Shown here one piece after another: positions 35,551 through 60,772 of a DNA stretch of 64,000 nt. Below the pieces are notes generated by a model that was not told the DNA's origin, did no database searches, and saw nothing but the letters and a program-made list of their open reading frames with translations. Source of the stretch: the human T2T-CHM13v2.0 reference genome, Homo sapiens. The stretch lies in assembly GCF_009914755.1 (NCBI RefSeq), contig NC_060938.1; one strand, 5' to 3'. A program made the position numbers and the translations under genes. Positions within the stretch are counted from its first letter, which is position 1. Every line of letters starts with the position of its first letter.

Positions 35551-37110
35551 ATAATGTGGCTGTGCCTATGATCACAGGCGTTATAAACAATAGCTGCAAC
35601 GTATTGAAAGCCTGCTCTCAGAGATAAAGACTCTTTCCATCCCCAGGCCCTGTTGTCAAGCAACTAAGTAGATTCAGAGAAGGAAGAGAGCTGACTGGCA
35701 AAGAGGGAGCAATGGAGAGCCATTTAAGATGTTGGGGCAAGAAAGTCATTTAAATGATCAATTATAGGCACAACGTGACTAATACTATTTGAGGGCGGAG
35801 GCCTATTGAGTTCTTAGAGGTGTTTGGGGTTAGGGCTCACCAAAAATGGTGCTCCTAGCCTTTGATTGTGGACACTTGTTTTTGCCTGCCCACCATCCCT
35901 CCTCCATCCTGAATATGAAGTGTTCCTTTGGGAACCACCCATCTTCCACTCTCTGTCCATGTAGTTCAAGTGAGGTTGACCTCAGTCCCTGACTCCAGGG
36001 GTGGGTGTATGACCCAGGACCGACTAACTGCAGTCATAATAAGTGGTTGAGGAGTAATCCCTTTGTCCAGAGTGAGCCGATGAGAGTCAGCATTAGGACT
36101 TCTGCTGAAAGAGGCACCCTTTCTCCACTGGGGTTGCAAAGCTGAGGGGATGTAAGCCATCTTTACCACTGCATGAGTAGAGTCTGCTGGAGAGTAAGGA
36201 CAACAGAGATAAAAAGCAAATCCAAGAGAAAGATAGATTTCTTGTTGCCCTTGCTGAGCACCTGGAGCTAGCCATTCCTGAAGATGTCAAATATCTATCT
36301 ATGTGGGCTAACATATATCACCTTCTGAAAGATACTTGAACTGAGTTTCTGTTAGTGGCAACTAAAGGAGTTGTGACTAATTCATCTTTCTATTTATTTT
36401 TTATTTTGATGAAAAATTTTCAATTGTTACATTATGGCATAAAAACAGAACTCTGACGTGTTTGACAACATACTTTTGACAGTTTTATCTATTTCTGACA
36501 AGGACATGCTGGGAAGTTGTGGGAACATATCTCCTGTGTCCGTCCCCCTCCTTTCGAAGTATATTTTTATTCAGAGATACATAAATGTATGCTAATGATC
36601 TTATGATGATGATGATCAGAACTGTGCTCCAAGAAGATTATAGCAACCATGAGTAGGATTAGAGTAGGGAGAGACAAGGGGCAAAAATACCCCTCAGGAA
36701 GCCAATATAATAATTCAAATGGTAAGTAGGAAGGATTGTCTCAAGGTGGTAGCTGCAGAAATGGGAAAGAGAGAGGTGGGATCATTGTGGTTTGGCAACA
36801 AATTAAAGGGTAAATGAGTGAAAATAAAATGCTTTTATCTACAAGGCCCTACAGAAACTGATTTTCCCCCACCCCTGTTTTATCCCTGATTTATTTCTCA
36901 TCATTCTTTCCCTGGCCTGGTCTGCCCAGCTACATTGGTCTTTGCATTTACTGTGCCCTCTGCTTGGGACACTCTTACTCCAGAGGTCCCTGGCTCATGT
37001 TTTCACTTCCTCAGACCTCTGCCTCACATCAAAAGGATTCCCTTCATTCCCCATCTATTATTGCATCCCCCACCCTAAGCATTCCTTGTATTTGCTTATT
37101 AATTTTTCCC

Positions 37111-37595
<485 letters not shown>

Positions 37596-37634
37596 TAAAA
37601 ATTTTTGAAAAATAATGTTGCTCCACAGTACTTA

Positions 37635-37638
37635 ACTC

Positions 37639-37718
<80 letters not shown>
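37635..37718. repeat. (CT)n(AT)n(T)n compound microsatellite
   Basis: Directly visible. Confidence 0.95.
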
Positions 37719-38174
37719 CTGTCTCTCTTGACTAAAATGCAAGTTCCGTGAGGGCTCCATGACTCTTGCTCACTGCTGAGTCCCCAGCACCTAGGAACCT
37801 GGCACAGAGGAGGTATTCAATGAATATGAGTCAATATTACAAATCTTGAACAACTGAAACAATGCTGTGGCATTGACAAATGCGGAAATACAGGGAAGAT
37901 GAGTGGGAGCAGGGTTGGTGGGGTGGAGGCGTGAGAGGGTGACTCATTTAGAACCCATGGGATTTGAGGTTAGCTGTGTAAATGACAATAAAGCCTGATG
38001 GTTGAAATGCTGGCCTGGTGCTCAGGAGCAGCCAGAGGTGAGGGTCTGTTGGGGAATTATGCATCAAAAGTTGGTGAAAGCTGTGGAGTCAGTGAAATCT
38101 CTGGGAAGACCATGGGAAAAGAGAGAGGTGAGAACCGAGGACGAAGTCCCAGAAGTCCTAAGATGACCTACCTA

Positions 38175-38520
<346 letters not shown>

Positions 38521-39151
38521 AAAACTAAAAGTCCACATCTTGGGAACCCCCTTGGTCCCAGGCAAACTGAAATGGTCGGTCAACCTAAGAAGGTGGAAGA
38601 ATGGGGAAGTGCCAGGTGGAGGAAACAGAGGCCAGCAGCCCAGAGCTTCCTCCCAGAACCCAAGGAAGGGAGGGCTTAGGAGGACAGGGCTCCTTCCTTT
38701 TCCTGCCCAAGACCAGTTTGGTTCTGACCTTCTAAGCCCAGCAAGGCTGAATTACCTCTGAGTTCCTGACCCTCACGCTTCCCAGCAACACTGGATAGCT
38801 TCCTGATAAGCCCGGTAACTGGTTTGGTTCCAGGGCTTGGTCCCCAGCTCCAATCAACTGGAGAAAGTATGAACCCTTAAATTTTCGGTCAAGGGGGCTT
38901 TGGTGGTACCCTGGCTCAGGAGTTCTCAGTTGGTGATCGTTGTCTGCTTGTCCTAAGATGGAGCTTAAGAGTGTAAGTGACTCTGCAGCCACTGTGGCTA
39001 AGGAAACAGGAAGCTGCCTCTCCTCTTGTAAACAATGCAGGCCAAGATTAGCGGTACTTGTAAGGTGCCAGCTCTTACAAGTGGGCACTGAATTGTGCTC
39101 ACCACTAAATTTCAAATAAGATTATTGCTGGATGTGTAGAAACTAAAAAGA

Positions 39152-41700
<2,549 letters not shown>

Positions 41701-42329
41701 TAAGAAGTTAAGAGGCTTAAATGGAGAAACCTCCACACCCTAGGACTTGAGTAGATAACCTAGCACTTTAGGCATTTAAGACTCCAAGTCTTGGAACACG
41801 AAGGCCCATGGTGCCTCTCCATCAGGACAGGAGAGATTATGCTTTGGCAACAATGAATCTCTAATCTCACTGGCTTGATATAGTAAAGCATTCATTTCTT
41901 GTTTATGTGACATGTCCAGTGTAGATAAGGATGGGGCTCAGGGGAGATTTGCTCCATATAATCTCTCAGGGACCCAGGTTGATGGAGGTTCTACCATCTT
42001 AGAATGTTGCCATCTCATGTGACTTTCAGGATTGCTGCAGCAGGGGCAAAAACCCTGTAGGATGTTTATAAGCGTCAAGACTGAGGGTGGCTATCATTTC
42101 CACCAGTAATCAATTGGCTAAAACCTAGCTGTACATGAAAGGAACAATGCAGTATATAATCTTCCTTTCTGCCCTGAAAGAGGAAAAATGAAATAGGATT
42201 TCATAAACACATATAATATCAATCATGACCGATTATCCAAAGAATCTTACTTTGTTAATAATAGCTAACACTTATATTTTGCTAATCTTTACAATCCATC
42301 CTGTGAGGCAGCTTTTATTATTATCTCTG

Positions 42330-42877
<548 letters not shown>

Positions 42878-43161
42878 ACAGAGTTCATGTTCTTAACAAC
42901 TATGTTCTACCTCCTTTGTCATGGGCTTAGTTAAAATGGAAGTCAAATCATGATTCCATGTACCCTGCATCTCTTACATTGGGTTATAGAAAGCTTCTAG
43001 CAATGGTGTCATACTTGACTCTGACTAGTCCACCCTGCCAATATTCCCATAGCATCAGTTGTATATATACACTCACCATGCTCTTGACTGGCCTGTCTTG
43101 GTACTCTATCTGTTCAAAGGGATGTGGATGAGAGCTTGATTGTGTGTAAGCTATATGGATG

Positions 43162-43198
<37 letters not shown>

Positions 43199-43738
43199 TA
43201 TGGGTATATATATGGATATAGATGCTGTTTCTAAATGCAAACATTCTTGCATAGGCATCAGCAACCCTCAAGAGCATTGTGTCCTCTGTTTCTGTCCTTG
43301 TTCCCCTGTTCTCAACTGCTCTCCAGCACAAGTTATTCTCATTCTTTGGAAAACAGAAGTGAACTATGTTTTTCTCCTAAATCAGTGTAATGGAGCAGAT
43401 TATGTACAGATGAGTAGTGGGGGAGACATTGGCAGCTGGCCCTGAGCAGGGCTGAGTAATGGAAATCCAAGTTATCTCAAGCCTCAGAATTATTCAAGTT
43501 TCCTTATGTAACCTGTGTGTCCAAGGTCAGACTAGTCTGAAAACAACATAAGGTTACAATTTCAATAACTTCCAGTCTTTAAACCTAATGTGATCAGGGA
43601 TTTTGTTTATGTTGTTCATTATTATATAGTGAGTGTCTAGAACAGTGCCTGGAATATAGTAGACATGCAATAAATGTTAAGTAAATTTATTGACCAAATT
43701 CTGGTCCTCTTTGGAGGCATGATGGTGTAGTGGTAGAG

Positions 43739-44122
43739 TGATATGATTTGGCTCTGTGTGCCCACCCAATCTCATGTCAAATTGTAATTCTCAGTGTTGG
43801 AGGAGGGATCTGGTGGGAGGTGGTTAGATCATGGGGCAGAATTCCCCCTTGCTTTTCTCATGATAGTAAGTTCTCACGAGAGCTGATGGTTTAAAAGTGT
43901 GTGGCACTTCCCCCTTCGTTCCCTGTCTCTCTCTCCTGCTCTGCCATGGTAAGACATGCTTGCTTACCCTTCGCCTTCCACTGTGATTATTAGGTACCTG
44001 AGGCCTCCTCAGCTATGCCTCCTATACAGCCTGCAGAACTGTAAGTTAATTAACCCTTTTTTCTCCATAAATTGCCCAGTCTCTTGTATGTCTTTATAGC
44101 AGTGTGAGAACAGACGAATACA
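43739..44122 (+). mobile_element. MaLR LTR (THE1D/MSTA-like) inside a MIR
   Basis: TGATATGATTTGGCTCTGTG..CAGACGAATACA. Confidence 0.85.
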
Positions 44123-44296
44123 TACATCATTGACTTTAGAATCAAATAGACTTGTGTTTGAACTTCACAGGCTGTGTGACTCCTCATTAGTTATGTACCT
44201 TCTCTGACCTCTTCCTTCCTCATTGGTACAATGAGGCTAATATTACCTACCTCTTGGATTGTTGTGAGAATTAAATGTGATAATTGATGTCAGGCA

Positions 44297-44624
44297 CTCG
44301 GTATATTGAAGCTAGCTATGGCTCTGCCCTATATCACAAAAATCCTTGGAGCCCAGCCTGGTCACACACACCTGTAGTCCCAGATACTCAGGAGGCTGAG
44401 GCAGGAGGATGGCTTGAGCCCAGGAGTTTGAGGCTGTAGTACGCTATCATCGTGCCTATAAATAGCCACCTGGACAATATAGCAAGACCCTGTCTCTAAA
44501 TAAATAAATACATTTTCAAAAAGAAAAATCTCTGGAGACCCTGTTGTTCCTCAGGGTTCCCCTCAGACATTTCTGTAAGTCTTCAGGGGTGTCTCAGGTA
44601 TGTTCACCAGTAAGTCTTCGTAGC
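44297..44624 (+). repeat. Source copy of a local duplication (Alu monomer plus unique flanks)
   Basis: Recurs at 45383-46050 and partly at 46048-46179. Confidence 0.92.
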
Positions 44625-45289
44625 TACCAAATCTCACATTTATCTTGGATTCTCCGCCAACCTCCCCCTCCTCTACTCTGCTTTCTTTTGGTCTTGTCTG
44701 ACTGTGAGCTCTCGCCTACCATTTTGCAGTGCCTGCCATGTAGGGTACTAATATCTGAGCAAATAGTGCTGCCTCCTGCTTAAAGCCAATGATGTCAACA
44801 CTGAGTCAATAGCACCAAGGCCGCTGCAACTGCCACTCCCTAAAGCTTAAGGTATTCACCAAAGGTACCACCATCCCCCATTGCAGCTGCCTTGTGCCTG
44901 TCTCCTAGGTCACCTCGGAGAGCCTCCTAGCTGAGACTCTACCCACTGAAGCAGGAAGTGTTCCTTGGTGGCTCCTATTCCACAGGTCCCACGTGGATCT
45001 GCAAGTTGAGGAAGATCCCTGAACCATACTCGCTTCTGCTTGTCCCCACAGTGCTGTCTGTGTGTCCTCAATATCTCAAAGAAATTTTGTGTGACTGTGT
45101 CTACATCAGCTCTCCATCACCTAAGCCTCCTATCCTATCCTGTGTGATTAGGACTTAATCACAGCCATGGGATGCTGGGTGGGAAACAACTGGAGAGACA
45201 TACACCCAGCAGTTACTTGAAACCACTCCTTCCCCCCACCAGAAGCCAAGGGCATTATTACCAACTAGTGTTTTTCAGTTTCTCTCTCT

Positions 45290-46376
<1,087 letters not shown>

Positions 46377-47009
46377 TCTCACTCTCGTAGAAAGAGTCTT
46401 TTCTGGTGGCTTCCAGGTCCCTCATACAAAAAAAGGCTCCTGACAGGGTTCTCCACTGGCCCTATACCCAAGACCAGACATGAGCCCCCATCTAAAGACA
46501 GCTTGTTTCCAGCCCAGAGCCTCATCACTTTTAAAAGGGAAAAATTCGACAGTAAAAGCATTAACTTTCTTAGGCCTTTCAGATTTGATCAACTGAAAAT
46601 TAATACCGAGAATTACAAAATTAAGGACTTCTTGGATAAACATTAGAAAAACAAAACTGATTAAGATTATTTGGTAAAAAGCAGAGGTAGAAAGTTCTAC
46701 CCTTTAAGAACAGATTAGAGGAAAAATTGCACAGAAGCCGGTAAGGAAGGAGTTATCTGCAGAGCCGGTGTCTGATATGCAAAATGCTGATAAGGCTTAG
46801 AAACTCAGAAGACCTGAGGAGGCCCCCTTTGATACTGTTTGATAAAGCAACAAGCGCAATCACAGTGCCAGGGCCTGTGCTAGGAATTGTATGTACCCTG
46901 TCTTTAATCTTCAAACAACTCTGTGTTACTGGAAAAAACACCTGCCCACACCCACTCCCTCCCCTACTCACCCAACAGGGCCTGGGAGGAAAAGAAGTCC
47001 TGTTTCTCA

Positions 47010-47340
<331 letters not shown>

Positions 47341-47653
47341 AAAAATACAATTGGTAATTTTAAAGCTTTAGCAGAGTTCTTGGATATGTGGAGGGAGAGC
47401 AAAGTTTGCAGCAGGAACTGGAGAGAGATGAATTGGTTGCGTTATGTTATGCCGTTATTATCCCTTAGGAAGGATCTGTGTTTCCTCTAGAAGGTGAGGG
47501 CAGAGGAGGAAGAGAAAGGAAAGAAAAGGAAGACAAAGTGGCTCGAGAACATATCGGGAGACTGGATCCGGAACAGGGAAAAATGCCAAGGGACAGACAG
47601 ACTGAGAGAATACATAATATGTATGTAGAGAGAGCTTATATCTATAGAGTGCC

Positions 47654-47656
<3 letters not shown>

Positions 47657-47710
<54 letters not shown>
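47657..47710. repeat. (TG)n microsatellite followed by an antisense Alu monomer (~47720-47840)
   Basis: Directly visible. Confidence 0.95.
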
Positions 47711-47714
<4 letters not shown>

Positions 47715-47890
47715 AATTTAGTGTAGAGAAAGGATCTCGCTTTGTTGCCCAGACTGGTCCAAAACGCTTAACTTCAAGTGATCCACCCACCTCAGCTACC
47801 AAAGTGCTGGGATTACAGGTGTGAGCCACCACACCCAGCTAACAATATTGATTTTTTAGTATGCCTAGCAGGATATAAATCCCTCCATGC

Positions 47891-48129
47891 CAAGCTTGTC
47901 TAAACCGCGGCCTACGGACTGCATGTGGCCCAGGACGGCTTTGGATGTGGCCCAACACAAATTTGTATACTCTCTTAAAACATTATGAGATTTATGCACG
48001 GACCATTTTTTTTTTTTTTTTTTTTTAGTTCATCAGCTATCGTTAGTGTTAGTGTATTTTATGTGTGGCCCAAGACAATTCTTCTTCTTCCAATGTGGCC
48101 CAGGGAAGCCAAAAGATTGGATACCTCTG
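47891..48129. mobile_element. MER30 hAT element
   Basis: MER30-type sequence; 8-bp TSD CTCYATGC 47883-47890 / 48130-48137. Confidence 0.88.
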
Positions 48130-48699
48130 CTCTATGCAAAGCCTTAGGTGACTGAGTTTTTGTTGAAATTAAGGAAAGAACTGAGCTCTACAACTGGATT
48201 GACATGGCATAGGTTAGAGGCAGCGTGTGACAGGTGATGAGCCAATATTCCAGAATTTAAATAATCCTGGGGAAGTAGGAGCTCACAGCCTGGGTGATTG
48301 TATGCATAGGACGATTGTATGCATCTTCAGAAAGTTTTCAGAAATCCCAGGGGGGTAATGGACTGCCTATACCCCTGTGACGGGTATTTGAGGACATCTT
48401 ACCTAAAAATTAAGGGCCAGGAAGACTCTCCAACCTCTGTTTATACCTAAAATTACATAGTATGTATGATTTTTGAATCAAGTTGTCATTTTGCATCACA
48501 TTTATAAACATTTCCAATGTCATTAGAATGTCTTCACTTTTAAAGTTTAGCGCAATGTGGGTACACCTTAATTTTAATTCTATAAAATTGACTATTCTGG
48601 CTGTTTCCAGCCTTGTTTTATGTTTTGTGTTTTTTTGCAATTATAACTACCGCTATGATAAACATCTGCGCAATACATTTTTACTAGGCAGCAGCTTAA

Positions 48700-49201
48700 C
48701 CATGCCAACGTAATCCAGACTGACCAGGATTCTCAAATTTAGTCTCCATCGAGAGACCAAATATGCAAATGGACAATGGCCAGACCATATATGAAAACTG
48801 AACTCTGATCCACAGCCTCTGTAGCGACCAGCCCAGGAAGCCAAACCACAGCCTCTATAGCAATCAGCCCCCAGTCAGGACTTGGTCAATCATTGCCAGG
48901 TTCCCTAAATTTTGGCCCTCCTTCCAACTCAGGACCAACCAGAGAAAGCCAGATATGCTCTCTACACCAATTCTATAGGGCACCCTGCTTCTCAGTAGCC
49001 TGCCTCCAGCTCTTTCATGCCAACAACCTCCTATCAGAGCACACCTGAAGCCCTCCCCTTTTTTTCTCACTCTAAAGCTTGCCTACTCCCCCGCCTGACT
49101 TTGACTATCTGCTAAAACCAAGTGCTAGTGGCTGACTCCCTCGCTATAGAGAGCTCTCCATAAATCTTCTCTGCTTGTTCTCATTCGGGTTTATGTCTAC
49201 A
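48700..49201 (+). mobile_element. ERV1 solo LTR (MER31/MER34 group)
   Basis: GGCCAGACCATATATGAAAACTGAACTCTGATCCACAGCC. Confidence 0.6.
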
Positions 49202-51467
49202 CTGAGATATGCAAAGCGTATCTCAGGTCAACCTGGTAGACACTGAACCCAAAGGACTATCACAGGCCAAACACTACATAGGAGGCTTTTCTATCATGAG
49301 CCATTGGAAAATTCCTGGCCATTTCTAGAAGGACATCTAGCAGAAAAACACCACCTCCACACGCCATGCATACCTACCAGATAGAAGGCCCTGGGCCCCA
49401 TGTTGGCTTTGACCACTTCATGCCTTTGCAGTACCAGAAGCAGCAGAAGCAGAAAGCCACAGAAAATAAATCAGCTGCTGAGTTCAAATTGCTGCAGTCC
49501 ATCACGCTGCCGTGTCGCCAGCTCGTGGTGCCAGGCCAATTACTACCACAAGCACTGAAGTCACTTTTCAAAACATGGTCAAACAAACTCCAGCAGGGCC
49601 AGCTAGGCGTTAAAACACTCAGACACAATTGTCAAAGCAAAGATTTATGTGCCAGTAAATAAAAGTCAGGGCTCCAGTTTAGTAATCACCTGGCCGACAG
49701 CCTGAAGGTTAACCCTTTCTGGACAGACCTGACCCACTGTCAATTCAGAGAGACAAGAATAAAGAGGGCAGAAGGGGATGGGGTGGGAGGGAGCAGGGTG
49801 GGGTCCAGTCAGACTGAAACTGGGGTGATTTTCTGTGCTGTCATTCCTAGGCCACCACAACTTTGGGGGCTGTGGGTGACTGTCAACTCAGATCATCTGT
49901 GAGGCAGGTGTGACTGTTTCCTATGTCTTCTTAAGCCTCTTAAGTTCACACAGTTACCCAGAACCATCAGGAAACGGAGATAGATTTTCTCCCACTGTGT
50001 CCAGCACTGAGGTTCCCTTAAGGTTTGCAAGTTTCTTTTTAGTATTTAACTCTTTGAAGGACACATGACAAGTAGACCCACCCTTATTTGATTAGGACTC
50101 CCTCACCAGGGGTGTTAGAAGTGCCATTGCAGATGCTTACATTCTAGGCACACAAGAAAAAATCTTAAAAGCTCCTCTCTAGCCCAGCATTCTGAGAAAT
50201 GATGCTGTCTAACTTTAAATAGGCTTTTAAAGTCTATTAAGCATCATTTACAAATCCCACTGGGTTTTAATCTCTGCAAACCTTCCGAGTTGGTATCACC
50301 ATTATCATTATTCCCTTCTGAGGCTCAGAGAGTTTAACTGACTTGCCCATGAGCACGAAGCTAGGAAGCGACACAGCTGGGGCTCATCTGACTCCAGAAT
50401 CCAGTGGTACTTTGGGGATGGGGCTGGAGGGTTAGGGGTGGGAGGCGGGTAGGAAATCCAGCTTTCACTAGAGCTGGAGGTGTTTGCCCTAAGCTTCCTG
50501 ATACAAGGGGAGGGTGGTGATTTTGAGGGTTTACAAGGCTCACAGGGAGACCCATGGCTGGAAATCACCTCTGGGTTCTCTTCAAGCCCCGGAAAGGGAG
50601 TGCCCGAATGAAACAGCTCTTCTGGTATTTTAATGGAACAAAAAGCCCGAAATACAAGGAGCTGGCTGGTTGCTGGGACGGCCCCTAACTTACTCTTTAA
50701 CTGTAATGAACTGGTCATTTCCTGGATGTAAAGGAAAAGTTTAAGAAAAAAGTGACAGAGAAACCCCCTCCCAGCCCCCCAGCCCCCCAGCCCAGCCAGC
50801 TGCAGCGAGGAAAACAAATGAGCTTCTATAGATGGAATCCTTTGTTTGAATAGAGGCTAATTGTGGCTCCTCTGCTTGTAACCTGGGGTCAGGTGGCTGA
50901 CACCCAAACGGTTCCCTCAAGGCAGTAACTACGAGCCCCTGGAAGAATGAGCACACTGGGACTCGGGAAGGGACCACTTACAAGAAAGGTCTGAATCTGG
51001 AAGAAGCAAAGGATCAAGTCAGACGTGTGAAGAATAAGGAGCCCGTGGATCTAGAGAGAAAGAACATTTTTCTGTGAAGAGTTTCCCCTCCTTATCCTCT
51101 CTCCCTGCCACATTTAGGTAAAAAGACCCAGTGATAAATAGCACCTGCCAGCCATGGTAGGCATGACCAGAGTGGCATGCGGCCTGTGCATAGGGTGCTG
51201 GATGAGGGCAGAGGCACCCATGGAGGTGCAAGCCTGTTTCGCTGCCCCTCCTGACCCCAGCATCCCTAGCCACCAGTGTGATAAAGTGAGTGCCTCCAGA
51301 GGGCAGGAAGGCAGAGACCCTGCCCAGCCCCTTCTCCTGTCCTCTGGCCTCCTCATCTGCCTCGCGCCACTTCCTTCCACCTAGCTCTTCTCTCTTGGCC
51401 AGCCTCCCACATGCAGGTGCCAGTGAGAATAACACTTGCACTTAGATTGATTCTGTATTTTCTCTCC

Positions 51468-51768
<301 letters not shown>

Positions 51769-52567
51769 TTCTCTCCTTTTTACTAAGCTGTCCAGGACAC
51801 GGTCCCCTCAGGGTGCTAAACACCCTCCTGGCCTGAGAACAAAAGAGAACAGAGCTGGAAGTGGAGGAAGCTATTCTTCTGCTTTTCTTGATCTCTGATC
51901 CTATCCCCTTCTAGCATCCCAGTCAGCTTGTGCCCCCTGAGTGGCATCTTCCTGCTGTGGGACTCTTGTGAAAGCCACGTCAGGGCCCTGTGGTAGTGAG
52001 GGGGAGAGAGCTACCAGTGACTCTGATGGGAAGGAGATCTCCCTGTGCTGTCGCCATCACAGGGCTGGGCCATGTGCTTCAGAGACTGCCTGAGAGAAGG
52101 GAGCTCAGGATGTTTGAGGTGGGACTGAGTTTTGACCTGAAGACTTTTGAAATGTTTGTGAAAAGAGGAGAAAACACACAGGGAAATTCAACAATAAACC
52201 TAGGCTTTTAAAAGAATCCAGAAGTGAGTCTTGAATTTTCTAAGAGGCAAGACATGGATACAACTTTAGGGCAGATGGTTACTTAGTTTTGGAAAAACCA
52301 GTGTAATGGCTCATTTAATTATGCAAATGTGGGGATATAGTAGCTGGAAGGGAAAAGTGCTCTGGAGGTAAAGTGAATGGGTGTGTCTGTGTTAGAGTCT
52401 GCCATAGATCTCTGCTGCTTCCTTAGGAAAAACTAGATTTGCTGAGAAAGAAGTTGACCTGTGCCAGACCGATGCTACATTGTAGCTGCCTGTGTTCTTG
52501 TAGCACTCATCATAGATGAAGACTCTGCTTTTGTGAAGTCTTTGTGGGGACTGGGAACACACAGTTG

Positions 52568-53296
<729 letters not shown>

Positions 53297-53299
53297 GTT

Positions 53300-54020
53300 C
53301 AGGAGTTCTTATCCTGAGTCCGTGGACCCGCCGTGAGGTCAGTGAATAAAATTCAGAGACTCTATGTACTTGAATGAAAAAAATATATATATTTTTTACT
53401 AACTTCTAAATGATTTTAGCGTTTTCTTGAGTAGTAATACAGGTAAGAAACTACAGTCATATTAGCAGAACTGGTGACTTTATCACTGCTATGGTTTAGA
53501 TATGGTTTCTTTGGTCCCCCCCCAAAGAAATTGATCCCCAGTGTTGGAGGTGGGGCCTAATAGGTTTTAGGGTCATGGGGCTGAATCCCTCATGACTGGC
53601 TTGGTGCCTCCTCGAGGTAATGAGTTCTCACTCTACTAGTTCTTATAAGAGCTGATGGTTAGAAAGAGCCTGGCACCTTCCCCCTCTCTCTTGCTTCCTC
53701 GCTCACCACATGATTTCTAAACACCAGCTCCCCTTTGCCTCACACCATGAGTGGAGGCAGCCTGAAGCCCTCACCAGAAGCAGATTCTTATGCCATGCTT
53801 CTGGTACAGCCTGCAGAATCATGAGCCACATCAACCACGTTTCTTTATAAATTACCCAGCCTCAAGTATTTCTTTATAGCAACAAAAAACAGACTAAGAT
53901 AGTCACCAATAGAAACTATGGATATTTTCATGTCACCTTACTGTTGTTAATGTTATCTTGAAGTATTGTGTACATTTATTACTGCTTGAAATTTACAGTA
54001 GCTATTAGGCCTGTCCCTAG
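53300..54020. mobile_element. Charlie-type hAT relic containing an MST LTR (53487-53901)
   Basis: CAGGAGTTCTTATCCTGAGTCCGTGGAC start; LTR TGCTATGGTTTAGATATG..GACTAAGATA. Confidence 0.65.
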
Positions 54021-54603
54021 AAACTGGCAGGGTTAAACTCAACTTCCAGTTGGCATCAGGTGATAGAATCACTTGCAGGTGGTTTAACACTGGACTGGAC
54101 TCAATCCTTGGCTCAGGCCATCCTGAAAGCCTATAAGCTACTGATCCATTTGGGGAAAGGGGAGAGTACCTACGCAGTATTTACAGCCAATGCACCTATC
54201 TTGAACACAACTCATTTTACCAGTGAAAATTAATATCTAACATTTATTATGCTAGCTAACAAGCCCTCTGGTGTTAATATGAAATAAAGATGGTTGAAGT
54301 TGTAGTGGTGTGGCCCTCTGGTTAGATCTTTTTTGCTTAGAGTTCTGCTTATAATCTTTCAGATGTTATTCATTCCTGAAGAGTGCCTTTCCTTTAGAAG
54401 ACACCAAATGTTAATTAACTGCTCCCAGTGTGTAGATGACATATATATCATATTAATTATGCTGAAATATTTAAAAGTAAATGATCACAATATAATGCAA
54501 ATCAAAGCTGACCCAGAAGTTTGGTAGAAATTGTAGGTTATCTGACACATCCAGTGAATCCTTGTGCTTCTTTTGGGTAGCTAAACATCAAATGTCTTCT
54601 TGA

Positions 54604-55309
<706 letters not shown>

Positions 55310-55822
55310 CCTCACATATTACTGTACCCCTTGGTCAAGAGTGGACTGTCAGAGCAAGTCTGGCAAACTGTCTAATGCTGGGTCATTAGAAAAAGAAATT
55401 CCTGGAGCAGGAAACCACTGCTGCATCTCTTTGCTCTTTCCTTGGAAAGAAACATTATTTCACAGAAAGACAACAGATAAATGCTGAATGGTTGCTTTCC
55501 CCTGCTCTTAGCTATACATTGCAAATGTCCTATTCTCAAAGATGCTAGCTCTAGCTAAATATAGCCAAGGTATTGAGTCTAAGAGCAGGGGATGCTGCTC
55601 TTTACCACTCTTGGTATCATTTTCAAATGTAAAGAGGCTCAGTGCCCTTTAGCAAATAGAGACCAGGATTCAGTTTTCTCCCTTTTGAAATTGAACTACC
55701 TTTTGGCCAGAAAGAATGAAGTTATTTAAAACCTCAGCATTATTAATGCAAGAAGGGACCACAAAGAGTACTTGGTCCCTCTTCCCCACTTAACAGATGA
55801 GGAAGGAAAGGCCAAGAGAGAT

Positions 55823-57505
<1,683 letters not shown>

Positions 57506-57599
57506 ATTTGTTTAATGGCTACAGAGCAGGCATACTGACCAGTCTCAGAGGGTCTTCCTTCAACACAAATATCCAGTTCCTGCTGAGATGAGACAGTGG

Positions 57600-59450
<1,851 letters not shown>

Positions 59451-59827
59451 ATGCTGTTTTAGTTTATGTTCTCTCAGAATCAGACCTTGTAAGTAGGATT
59501 CAAGTGCAAAATGTTTGGAAAGTGTAAGTAGGGAAATGGGGAAATGATACAGAGAAGGGCAGAAAACCAATGAAGGGTGTGTTATTAAGCCAGTTATAAA
59601 GATAAGCAACTAGAGTTTAATCTTTTAGGGAAACTCCAAAAACAGTACAAAACACATGCCTCAGAATTAACCTAGCTAAGGGGTCAGAGAGCAGGAGTAG
59701 TTATACTCCTACAACTTTTAGTCATTGGCTAAAGGCTGTCTCCCAGAGGACCATTCGTTCCCAAGTACTTCCAGCCAACCATCCATTGGCAAACTAATTT
59801 CAGTGGCTGGAGGGAGCCATCTAACAA

Positions 59828-60143
59828 TGATACAGTTTGGCTTTGTGTCCCCAACCAAATCCCATCTCAAATTGTAATCTGAGATTGGGGCGTGGCCTGG
59901 TGGGAGGTGATTGAGTCATGAGGGCAGACGTCCCCCTTACTGTTCTCCTGATAGAGTTCTCCTGAGATCTGGTTGTTTTGGTAAGTCTCTGGTGCGCCTT
60001 CCCTGCTACCGACTCTCTCACTCTCTCTCTCTCCTGCCACCACGATTGTAAGTTTCCTGAGGCCTCCCCAGCCATGCAGAACTGTGAACCTCTTTTGTTT
60101 ATCTCAGGTAGTTCTTTATAGCAGTGTGAAAATACACTAATAC
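59828..60143 (+). mobile_element. MaLR LTR (THE1/MSTA-like)
   Basis: TGATACAGTTTGGCTTTGTGTCCCC..CTAATACA. Confidence 0.8.
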
Positions 60144-60325
60144 AAACACGACGGAGGGACTGGCCATTGGAAGACAGGCTGTTATAGGTGGAAATGACAA
60201 GAGTTCCTAAGAGGATACGCACATAACACAGACGGTGTCTGCTACACATGCTAACAAATACAAAGAGGACATTAAGAGAAACAAGACATCCATGCTACAA
60301 GACAGACTAAGAAGCAAATAATTAG

Positions 60326-60772
<447 letters not shown>

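Noticed and set aside
50308-51441. 169 aa and 140 aa minus-strand ORFs
   Set aside because: No domain resemblance or splice support; lengths plausible by chance.
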